Origin: Bdellovibrionota bacterium
GTDB taxonomy: Bacteria > Bdellovibrionota_C > UBA2361 > JBIKWN01
Assembly: GCA_044356295.1 (NCBI GenBank)
Contig: JBIKWN010000044.1
Coordinates: 1 to 20,315 of the forward strand
Length of the DNA stretch: 20,315 nucleotides
Direction of reading: 5' to 3'
A program made the translations under genes and the position numbers. Below are positions 8,969-16,422 of the stretch, piece by piece (the stretch's first letter is position 1; each line of letters starts with the position of its first letter). Below the pieces are notes generated by a model. It saw only the letters and a list, made by a program, of their open reading frames with translations, searched no databases and was not told the origin of the DNA.

Positions 8969-8997
8969 AGTTTACTGCCACTTCCAATGCTTCGCAA
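8969..8997 (-). promoter_or_regulatory. Candidate sigma70 promoter for the wHTH gene
   Basis: The minus strand reads TTGCGA-N17-TAAACT, about 46 nt upstream of the ATG at 8922. Confidence 0.5.
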
Positions 8998-9052
8998 ATA
9001 AAACTTTGAGCTAAATAGCAAGTAATATTAAGTAGTTATGTTTTAAGCAGCT

Positions 9053-9715
9053 TTAACTTACACCAAGTTGCTGTTCTACGAGGCGAGTATACTCTTCTTC
9101 TAGGTCTTTAAACTGTCCTTGAAGTCCTTCGAGTCGCTCTTTAACGACGCCGTATTCAGTCATTAGATCTCGTAATCTGCTACTTGCTGAAAAAAGAGTT
9201 TCATTGAATTCAGTTAATATCTCTTTTTCTTGATCTGTTAATGTCGCACTTGCCAACATCTCTTCGACATTTTTAAGGGTAGCAGCAAGTTCACCTTCAA
9301 GAGTTATTGACTCTGACGAAAGTGTTTCAAAAGTTGTCAGAAGCTCAATGAGCTTGGTTTCATCTTCTTCTTTAAGTGTTTTAACTTCTTGTTGCTGTAC
9401 TTCTTTTTCTTCAACAGCTTTTTGTGCCTTTGAAAGTGCGGCTTCAATCTCTTTTAATTGAGCCTGTTGTTTTGCAAATACATCTTTTGCATCACTCAAT
9501 AGTCCCAGCAAGGTTTTATGTTGACCCTTTGTGGCATAGCTATTTTCGTATTGAATAAGACTTTCTAAATCTTTGCCTAGCTTATCAATCGATGCATTTT
9601 TTCCTTCGATCTGTCCACCACCGCCTGAAGCAGCATATTTTCTGTAACCGATAATACTGCCCAGAGCGGCTCCTAAAGTAATAAGGCTACAAACGGCGGC
9701 GATAATATAGAACAT
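9053..9715 (-). CDS. Membrane-anchored coiled-coil protein of unknown function
   Basis: N-terminal TM (MFYIIAAVCSLITLGAALGSIIGY) followed by RK, a Gly-rich hinge, then about 180 aa of E/K/L/Q-rich, Pro-free heptad-like sequence. Confidence 0.8.
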   Translation of the reverse strand: MFYIIAAVCSLITLGAALGSIIGYRKYAASGGGGQIEGKNASIDKLGKDLESLIQYENSYATKGQHKTLLGLLSDAKDVFAKQQAQLKEIEAALSKAQKAVEEKEVQQQEVKTLKEEDETKLIELLTTFETLSSESITLEGELAATLKNVEEMLASATLTDQEKEILTEFNETLFSASSRLRDLMTEYGVVKERLEGLQGQFKDLEEEYTRLVEQQLGVS

Positions 9716-9721
9716 GCATAT

Positions 9722-9750
9722 ACTCTAGCAAGGATCATTCGTGGGTGGAA
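9722..9750 (-). promoter_or_regulatory. Candidate leaderless promoter for the coiled-coil gene
   Basis: The minus strand reads TTCCAC-N17-TAGAGT with an extended-10 TG, then ATATGC-ATG (6 nt to the start). No SD. Confidence 0.45.
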
Positions 9751-9796
9751 CAGGTTAAATAAACCTTGATTAAGCTAAAAACTTTTACGTTTCTTT

Positions 9797-11185
9797 CTAA
9801 GAGCAAGAGCTAATAGAGCTTGGAAGCCCGGATGCGTTCTGTTTTGCTTCGGCAAAGACCTTGAGACTTAACTCATTAAAACGGCGCCATCGTCTAGATA
9901 GTCGGGGACTGCTTGTCTGCCCTTTCTGAGTGACAGATGTGAGCGTCTTTCGTAGCTGCATAGCAGTGTTTATATACCCATCAATTGACTCATTAGTACT
10001 CACAGAAGTGCACGAAATAGTACTCGTACATGATAAAGAAACAGATGGCAGAGACCATGTAAGAACCCAATTTTTCAGATAGAGCTGATTAGCTTTAGCA
10101 ATTGCTTTTTGTGCGAATTGCCTAATCTTAGTGTGGCTTGGATTGTTTTTTATTAAAAGGGTCGCAGATTTAAATACGAGGTCTCTTTGTCTGGCTGCAG
10201 CACCGTCTAGTTTTGCTTGACGTGTCGTTATGTTATTTGAAGAGCAACCTAAACAGCTTTTTCCATTACCGTTACAGACTCCGCATCGATCTAATTTTGA
10301 TGAGCCGTTCAAAGTACCACTGCAATCAAAGGTACACCAAAGAGCACTAACCGGAGCGCTACACTGTTGCACAATCGATCCTTGTGAAGACACTTGAAGC
10401 GTAACTTGACAAAGTGCAGGTGTATTATTGCTGTTATAAGGAGTAAAAATTAAAGAAGACGATGCTGAATTCGGCATCGAAAAAGATCCATTTGGACAGG
10501 TTGTTGACCAGAGATATGTTGGTTGTGAAAATTCTTCAGTCGCACTGCCGCTCACTTCGACTGATGTGAGATCTCCTGCACATGATACTTGATACCCACT
10601 GCCAGCATCACAAGATATAACGGGCAGAGGAGTGGGAGTAGGAGTTGGATCGACTGAAATATTTTCACATGAAGCTCCTGAAAAGCTATTGGACTGACAT
10701 GATGATCCCTCTTCGTCATCAGAACAGGAATCATGAGTTATGTAGATTGCATTGCTTTGAGCTGTATTGATTCCACCAATCGTATAAAAAACATCTTTAC
10801 ACTCATCTATATTTAAATTGCTCACAGAGAAAGATAGACCGTAAACGCCAGTTCGTGTGTCGTTTTCAGGTGTGCATGAACCTTCGCTGGCACTACAGTT
10901 AGTAATTTCTAATGATGAACCTTGACACATTGGAATCTGGACCACTGCATTAAGATACGAATTTTCATTTTGATTGTTGTTATAGCAGATACGATAGGAA
11001 TATGTAGTTGATCCTTGGTTTGTAGATCTGCCAGAAAAAGAAACTGTAAATGCTTTATTATAGTAGGAAGACTGAGCACGTGCTGTATCGATCGAAAAAA
11101 AACAAAGCGAAGAAAAAATAAAAACACACCAAAGATAGAAGGAAGTAATGGAACGAGCAGTGTGAAAGTTCAAAAGATATTGCAT
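9797..11185 (-). CDS. Secreted cysteine-rich modular protein of unknown function
   Basis: Signal peptide ending ARA|Q, beta-rich N-domain, PTPTPTP linker, PKD/Ig-like module (CDAG.GY...YLWSTTCP), a DC-x-G...DRCGVCNGNGKSC motif and a basic helical C-terminal domain. 22 Cys in the predicted mature protein. Confidence 0.82.
   Translation of the reverse strand: MQYLLNFHTARSITSFYLWCVFIFSSLCFFSIDTARAQSSYYNKAFTVSFSGRSTNQGSTTYSYRICYNNNQNENSYLNAVVQIPMCQGSSLEITNCSASEGSCTPENDTRTGVYGLSFSVSNLNIDECKDVFYTIGGINTAQSNAIYITHDSCSDDEEGSSCQSNSFSGASCENISVDPTPTPTPLPVISCDAGSGYQVSCAGDLTSVEVSGSATEEFSQPTYLWSTTCPNGSFSMPNSASSSLIFTPYNSNNTPALCQVTLQVSSQGSIVQQCSAPVSALWCTFDCSGTLNGSSKLDRCGVCNGNGKSCLGCSSNNITTRQAKLDGAAARQRDLVFKSATLLIKNNPSHTKIRQFAQKAIAKANQLYLKNWVLTWSLPSVSLSCTSTISCTSVSTNESIDGYINTAMQLRKTLTSVTQKGQTSSPRLSRRWRRFNELSLKVFAEAKQNASGLPSSISSCS
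10622..10648 (-). repeat. Pro-Thr linker (PTPTPTPLP) coding repeat
   Basis: cca act cct act ccc act cct ctg ccc on the minus strand, separating two Cys-rich domains. Confidence 0.75.
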
Positions 11186-11191
11186 GCTATA

Positions 11192-11219
11192 AGCCTAGTA
11201 GATCGCCAAGGGTAGTCAA
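11192..11219 (-). promoter_or_regulatory. Candidate leaderless promoter for the Cys-rich protein gene
   Basis: The minus strand reads TTGACT-N16-TAGGCT-TATAGC-ATG. The -35 overlaps the gspN stop codon. No SD. Confidence 0.45.
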
Positions 11220-12082
11220 GCTACATGACACTGAATCTGGTGATTTTTGAACTCAAAAATCAAGGGATTAGCTAATTCCTTACTTAAAGCGTCTTTTGAG
11301 CAGATGAAAAGTAGATATGGAATCAAGATTTCCTTTCCTTTATCGGAAAGTGCCAAGCTTATTTGCATAGAAGATAGTTTATTCGTTTTTACTTGGAATG
11401 CACCTTTGAGTTCACCAAGTGATGATGAAAGCGAGATATCATTGCATTCAAGGGTGGCTTCTTTATATGTAATCGTTGCTTTGAGTGAATCAATATCGAC
11501 AGCGGGCAGCTCGATAGGAATTGGGAGCCCTGTAAGCGAGGGTGAGAGGCGACTTACTGAGGGTTTTTTGACTCCAAGAATTTCAAGATTACCAGTTGCA
11601 TCTGTAACATGATTTCCATTAGTAGTCATAGAAAGATCTTTGACTGAAAGTGTTCCATCTTCTATCCCATATCCTCGTATTAGAATATGTTGGCTCAGTT
11701 TAAGTCCAGATATGTTGCCGTTAATAAAAAAACGATCATTTTTTTTATTAAAGTCTACGTTTGCAGTGCCACTATAGAGGGAAGCCTTGCTGGAGCAATT
11801 TGGTTGTCCGGTTAATGTTTCAAATCGTTTGCAATCTAAATGGAGTGAGTCAAGCAGTAAAGATTGAAAGGCAGATTTGCCATGAAGTGAAACATGAGAA
11901 GCCTCCATGCCAAGCCAGTGAATCGATGCTGAATCAACTTCAGTTAAAAAAGAGGGGGTCGATAGTAACTCTCCTAAGGTTAGAGATGTAAGCTTTTTTA
12001 AAAGAGTAGAGTCAAAGATATACCAACTAACAAAAATGATAACCGAAGAAAAAATAAAGAATCGTTTAACTCTTCGGCTCAT
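11216..12082 (-). CDS. gspN: Type II secretion system protein N (GspN-like)
   Basis: Single N-terminal TM, then a beta-rich periplasmic region with the 'ASLYSG' motif seen in deltaproteobacterial-type GspN. Last gene after gspL-gspM. Assigned largely by position. Confidence 0.65.
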   Translation of the reverse strand: MSRRVKRFFIFSSVIIFVSWYIFDSTLLKKLTSLTLGELLSTPSFLTEVDSASIHWLGMEASHVSLHGKSAFQSLLLDSLHLDCKRFETLTGQPNCSSKASLYSGTANVDFNKKNDRFFINGNISGLKLSQHILIRGYGIEDGTLSVKDLSMTTNGNHVTDATGNLEILGVKKPSVSRLSPSLTGLPIPIELPAVDIDSLKATITYKEATLECNDISLSSSLGELKGAFQVKTNKLSSMQISLALSDKGKEILIPYLLFICSKDALSKELANPLIFEFKNHQIQCHVA

Positions 12083-12087
12083 TGCAC

Positions 12088-12642
12088 TTAAACTGATTTG
12101 ATTTGTCTAATACTGCTTACAGATATCTCTACGCGAAGTTTTTCACCGCTTGGATCTTTGGATATCGTCAGAGAAGTAAGCAGCATACGCTTTGCCCCTG
12201 TTGTAATTTCTTTCAAAAGATCAACAAGTGTTGATAGGCTCGAGATCGAGAACCGTACGGTGAATGCAGCTTGTTCATAACTTCCGCCGAAATTTCTTGT
12301 TTGTCCTGCGGTTATATCAAAACCTGGATCGACTTTTCCACTGACTATATTTTCAAGGAGAGATTGTTCTCCTTCTTTGATTTCGACCTGTTTGAATTCG
12401 TTTTCAAGATCTGTTTTTTTAGCAGCAAATCTTCGGTAACGATCGAGGATAAAAGGAACTGTTTTAATATCGCTCTCAAGTTGAGCGAGTGCTGCAGTTT
12501 GCGCTTTGAACTTCTCATAAATCGGTTTGATTAAAAGCGTATTTATAAAAAGTGGTGCTAAGACTAATACACCACCAATGACAAGAAGTTTTTCTCGCTG
12601 GGATAGGTTCTGATAGTACTGAAAAATTTTATTTACTCGCAT
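12088..12642 (-). CDS. gspM: Type II secretion system protein M (GspM/PilO-like)
   Basis: 'YQNLSQREKLLVIGG' followed by TM and 'LIKP', then a coiled coil and a ferredoxin-like C-terminus (L..LVDLL.EI). Overlaps the gspL end by 10 nt. Confidence 0.85.
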   Translation of the reverse strand: MRVNKIFQYYQNLSQREKLLVIGGVLVLAPLFINTLLIKPIYEKFKAQTAALAQLESDIKTVPFILDRYRRFAAKKTDLENEFKQVEIKEGEQSLLENIVSGKVDPGFDITAGQTRNFGGSYEQAAFTVRFSISSLSTLVDLLKEITTGAKRMLLTSLTISKDPSGEKLRVEISVSSIRQIKSV

Positions 12643-14066
12643 AAAGTAAGTGTTACTTGAAAGTCTTTGCCATTTTCTCTGCCGGAAGAACTGGAAGTGT
12701 CAGTTTTTATACGACAAAATACCGCTTTACGTTTCTTTAAAATTGCTTCAAGACGCTCTTTGTTTCTGTAGTTCGGAACAGTCCCATCAATTTTTACTTC
12801 TCCATTTCTTACTGTAACTCTGCTTACCGTAATACCTTCAATGCTGGATAGATCTTCTGAAAGTGCGGATAAAACATTCAAAGGCGGTGCTGCAAGTGGT
12901 GAGCCAAGATCTTTGAGTGAGTCTTGCAATCCTTGGCTGGTTAATTGCAGAGCTTGTGCCTCACTCCCAGGATCGGCTTTAAAGTTGGGAATTTCTTTTG
13001 TTATGAGTAAGGTAACTTCTTTCTGAAGTGACTGGATAGTATATTCACGGGCGGCGTACCATCCTGCAAAGGTCAATAGTAATACTAGAGTAAGTAAGAA
13101 CAGATATGGTGATAAACTTTTACAAGCTTTTTTTAAATAAGAAACTGAAGGGAAAAATCTAAACTTACCTGAGCGAAAATTATTTAAAATTCTTGGCGAG
13201 GGATAAGATCGTACAAAAATTGCAGCGAGAAGTGCAGGGAGTGAAACTCTCTCTCGTGCTGATGGAAAAAGTGAGATCATTGATAGATCTTTACTTGTTC
13301 TGTTACCAATCCCCTGAATTCGTGGTTCAACAATGGTGTCGCTAATTCGGTAAATCATTTGAATGGTAGTTTCGTACCTTTCTTCAGTAGATCGAATAGC
13401 AGCCTCAATTATGCCTTCGCACTGAGCAGTTGAGACCAAAGACATATTCACTGCACGATCACCAATGAGCTTGCCGTTAAGGATAATAGAGAAATACAAC
13501 CAATTAGTTGTTTCATACAAAACGACTGCGTTTGAATCGAGTTCATCTGGAAAAATTTCATAGAGCCCACCAAGAGCACTTGCAGGAGTCGTAATAATTC
13601 TTGGCTCAATCGTAGAATCTTTAAGACCTGATGTTAGCTGAGCAACAGTCTGTACTGGATAGAGACCAACATGAAAGTCTTCACCACTGCCGTTTACTTT
13701 TCCAACGTGATTAAAATCAATGACAAACTCATCAGTTGTTATTGGAAGCGTATCTTGGACTTCAGCGGTGATGAGTTTTGCAACTTTTTTTGAATCGGCA
13801 AAGGGCATCGTCACATTCATCGAAAGATGACCTTGTCCAGGCAACAGAACGATTGTGCTCTCCCAAGTATTTTTTAATTTCTTAGAGGCTGCTTCGAGTG
13901 TCTCGGCTAAACTTGTGTCCACAGAGTGCTCACACTGAAGTGTTTCAATAATTGAAATTGTTTCTGCAGGAATTTTGGATGCAGCAGGATCGAGCCCGAC
14001 AATGACTAATTCAATCGTATTTTTTGACGCATCTACTGCTAGGATTTGTTCCATGAAATCAGCCAC
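12633..14066 (-). CDS. gspL: Type II secretion system protein L (GspL; PilM/PilN-like)
   Basis: Actin-like cytoplasmic N-region (ILAVD, VTMPFADSKKVAKLI..EVQDTLP....FVIDF), NNFRSG.F, one TM, then a PilN-like C-domain (PLNVLSALS...VKIDGTVPNY). The start could be GTG 14066 or ATG 14054. Confidence 0.85.
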   Translation of the reverse strand: MADFMEQILAVDASKNTIELVIVGLDPAASKIPAETISIIETLQCEHSVDTSLAETLEAASKKLKNTWESTIVLLPGQGHLSMNVTMPFADSKKVAKLITAEVQDTLPITTDEFVIDFNHVGKVNGSGEDFHVGLYPVQTVAQLTSGLKDSTIEPRIITTPASALGGLYEIFPDELDSNAVVLYETTNWLYFSIILNGKLIGDRAVNMSLVSTAQCEGIIEAAIRSTEERYETTIQMIYRISDTIVEPRIQGIGNRTSKDLSMISLFPSARERVSLPALLAAIFVRSYPSPRILNNFRSGKFRFFPSVSYLKKACKSLSPYLFLLTLVLLLTFAGWYAAREYTIQSLQKEVTLLITKEIPNFKADPGSEAQALQLTSQGLQDSLKDLGSPLAAPPLNVLSALSEDLSSIEGITVSRVTVRNGEVKIDGTVPNYRNKERLEAILKKRKAVFCRIKTDTSSSSGRENGKDFQVTLTLCE

Positions 14067-14116
14067 AAGTATGGACTAAGTTAGCTCGTTGGAACACTCT
14101 AAAAACGTATCAGATC

Positions 14117-14848
14117 TTAGCCTTTTCTAGGTAAGGCAATGATTGTGGAATAAGTCTGAACTGCACCTAAGGGAGAGCGAATGCGAAAAAGTACTTGTAT
14201 TAATGGAGGAGCGTTGAGGTTGGGGTGCTTTCCCCATGACTCAATCCATGCCTCTTTATTTGAATCATAAAAGAGAAACTCAAATTGTAAAATATCTTGC
14301 GAAATTGGGAATGCAAGGGTTCGTTTATATGCTTTTGATGCAGGGGTAATAAAAGGTACCTCCTCACGGATTAAACGTAAGCGTTCTTTATTTGGATCAT
14401 CTGGATCAGGTTCTACACGGTAGGTTACTTGGATATATTCAGATTTATTTTCAGGATCAATATGTGACGCTGGTTGAGCCAACGTTAAAAATGTAATTGT
14501 AGTAGCTATTTGACCTTGGGATTGCTCCTTTCTTTCAGATAAAAAAACCGTTTTTCCTAGATAAGGCTTTGTTAAGTTGTTCCTTGGGGGAAGGATCGCA
14601 AGGGTGGCACTGTCACTGTTCACGGCTTGCTGAAATTCACGAGTCATTCTTGAGAGGATAGAGTCTGCAATAGCTTTACCGTCCCGTGCATCATCAAGGA
14701 TTTTTTTAGAACGAATGATTTGATTCAGAGAGCTGTATGTGACCCCCATAATGACAGCGAGGATTGAGATAGAGATAACTATTTCTAGAAAAGTGAATCC
14801 TCTTGAATCAGATTTAAGAGTTCTCTTGGTGTGAGCTATTAATTTCAT
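14117..14848 (-). CDS. gspJ: Minor pseudopilin GspJ
   Basis: Prepilin motif SRG|FTFLEIVISISIL, 'V.YRV......LRL.REE' and 'F.F.FYD....W.ESW......P..I' typical of GspJ. ATGA overlap with gspI. Confidence 0.82.
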   Translation of the reverse strand: MKLIAHTKRTLKSDSRGFTFLEIVISISILAVIMGVTYSSLNQIIRSKKILDDARDGKAIADSILSRMTREFQQAVNSDSATLAILPPRNNLTKPYLGKTVFLSERKEQSQGQIATTITFLTLAQPASHIDPENKSEYIQVTYRVEPDPDDPNKERLRLIREEVPFITPASKAYKRTLAFPISQDILQFEFLFYDSNKEAWIESWGKHPNLNAPPLIQVLFRIRSPLGAVQTYSTIIALPRKG

Positions 14849-15312
14849 GGCTCTTTCGCTGCAATAAAATAATAAGTCATAAGATTATCATCAGGAGCGC
14901 TTCCCCATCCGACAGTCAGGGTGATGCGCTGGACAGCATTACTAGGCAGATCGGCCATCGGCCAGTATTCAATGACAAGATTTGCTGTTAGCGGAATTCT
15001 TTTTTCCTGTGCGATGATTGGTGCGACAGCTTCGTCATTTAAGAATAGCTTTGCGATATCAGAGGCAGAGCCGTTTATTGATCTATTTTTTATAGTGTTT
15101 CCCGCATATTCAATTCCAGCCAGTATACTTCTTGCGGCAAGCATAGCTTCCTGTTTATTGCGCGTTTTAATAGCTGTTTGAGTAGCTGCAGATTGCATTC
15201 CAAGGAGTGTAATCAGTGAAACAGCAAGAATCATTACTGCGATGATGATTTCTATAAGCGTAAAGCCACGTTCAAGAGCATTGTTACTAGTTTTGTGAAT
15301 TCGCTGGTGCAT
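14845..15312 (-). CDS. gspI: Minor pseudopilin GspI
   Basis: Prepilin motif ERG|FTLIEIIIAVMILAVSL and C-terminal 'RITLTVGW'. Start reassigned to ATG 15312 (MHQRIHK...) because the longer ORF overlaps gspH extensively. Confidence 0.82.
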   Translation of the reverse strand: MHQRIHKTSNNALERGFTLIEIIIAVMILAVSLITLLGMQSAATQTAIKTRNKQEAMLAARSILAGIEYAGNTIKNRSINGSASDIAKLFLNDEAVAPIIAQEKRIPLTANLVIEYWPMADLPSNAVQRITLTVGWGSAPDDNLMTYYFIAAKEP

Positions 15313-15979
15313 CAACGATACTCTCCCATGAAACATCTCTTCCGTCTCGGTAAATATCAACAAGACTCGTAAAAGGATTAATAACAAAAGTAACAGGTGC
15401 CCCACCAGATTGTTGCATTGTTATTACACCAAAGTCGGAAGAGCCGTTTGGCGTAAAATAAAGGTATGCTTTTGAGCCATCTTTACCAGCTTGTCCACCT
15501 TCGGCAGCAACATTACCGCTCGGTGTTTTAACCCGAATAAATTTCATCCCAGTAGGTACGTGCATCTCTTCATATAGAGAAGGGAATGATGGTGAGGGGA
15601 TAATTGTAGCATCCTCACTGATTGGAGGGTTTAAAAATGCGGATAACTCGAGACTTAAGTTTCCAAGATTTTCTTGAAGTTGTGCAAGTATTGGATCGTT
15701 TGATGATTCTTCTTTTACAACACCGATTCGATATGAATTTTTTGCGAGATCAATTTCTAGTTGGTACGTTGCTTGATCAGAAACACTTTGTGTATAGATA
15801 AATCGAAGTTGTTCCTGAAATTTTCGAATAAATCCTTCTTCTCTCCAAAACGTAAAAGAACCATTTTGGACGCCAACTAAAGAAAATAAAAGTGCAACAA
15901 GCACCATCACAAGAACAAGTTCGATGAGTGTAAACCCGCGCTGTCGCATGTGATGGCATTTTTGTTTAAGCGCAATCAA
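15287..15979 (-). CDS. gspH: Minor pseudopilin GspH
   Basis: QRG|FTLIELVLVMVLV, 'LRFIYTQSV....TYQLEIDL', 'YFTPNG' and 'INPFTS.V' are GspH/FimT-like. The start is either TTG 15979 (TTGA overlap with gspG) or ATG 15949. Confidence 0.82.
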   Translation of the reverse strand: MIALKQKCHHMRQRGFTLIELVLVMVLVALLFSLVGVQNGSFTFWREEGFIRKFQEQLRFIYTQSVSDQATYQLEIDLAKNSYRIGVVKEESSNDPILAQLQENLGNLSLELSAFLNPPISEDATIIPSPSFPSLYEEMHVPTGMKFIRVKTPSGNVAAEGGQAGKDGSKAYLYFTPNGSSDFGVITMQQSGGAPVTFVINPFTSLVDIYRDGRDVSWESIVDAPANSQN

Positions 15980-16416
15980 GGACCGGTGATAGAAAAATCA
16001 CCTTCTGCTCCAGATCCTCCATCTTTACGATCGGCTCCAAGACTTTTTAAGGTAAAACTTCTTCCTCCATTATCTGAAGAGTATTGGAAAGGGGTTCCCC
16101 ACGCATCGGTTACTGTATCTTCATCTGTAATCGGAACGCATCCTCCACTTGTATTTGCAGGGCATGATACAAGAGATTTTAAATCAGGCGGAAGTTGGTT
16201 GTACATTAACTGATACTGCCCAATAGCAGCTTTTGCTTTTTGCATCTTTAAAGAATTTATCTGAGCTTTTGCACGCTCTCCTTGACTAAAGAGACCACCA
16301 GTTAAAAATGCAATGAGAATTGAAAGTATTACGAGGACTACAATAATCTCTACAAGGGTTAGACCAGCTTGAGAATTATGGCGTATTTTTTTTGAATATT
16401 GATGTATCTTTTTCAT
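15976..16416 (-). CDS. gspG: Major pseudopilin GspG
   Basis: QAG|LTLVEIIVVLVIL, AIGQYQL....P, DAWGTPFQY and SLGADRKDGGSGAEGD (T2SSG domain). Directly downstream of gspF. Confidence 0.9.
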   Translation of the reverse strand: MKKIHQYSKKIRHNSQAGLTLVEIIVVLVILSILIAFLTGGLFSQGERAKAQINSLKMQKAKAAIGQYQLMYNQLPPDLKSLVSCPANTSGGCVPITDEDTVTDAWGTPFQYSSDNGGRSFTLKSLGADRKDGGSGAEGDFSITGP

Positions 16417-16422
16417 AGGCCC

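Noticed and set aside
8964..8980. Sigma54-like TGGCA...GC upstream of the wHTH gene (minus strand)
   Set aside because: The GG-to-GC spacing is one base too long for a -24/-12 promoter. The sigma70 reading fits better.
9752..9766. Small hairpin AGGTT-AAATA-AACCT between the Cys-rich and coiled-coil genes
   Set aside because: A 5-bp AT-rich stem with no U-tract is too weak to call a terminator.
11247..11612. 121-aa + strand ORF, and other short + strand ORFs across 11-18 kb
   Set aside because: Fully antisense to well-supported gsp genes, with the Ser/Ile-rich composition typical of shadow ORFs.
15313..15405. Hydrophobic N-terminal extension of the gspI ORF (MGHLLLLLLILL...)
   Set aside because: It is an alternative reading frame of the gspH 3' end. 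ATG 15312 gives a normal short prepilin leader.
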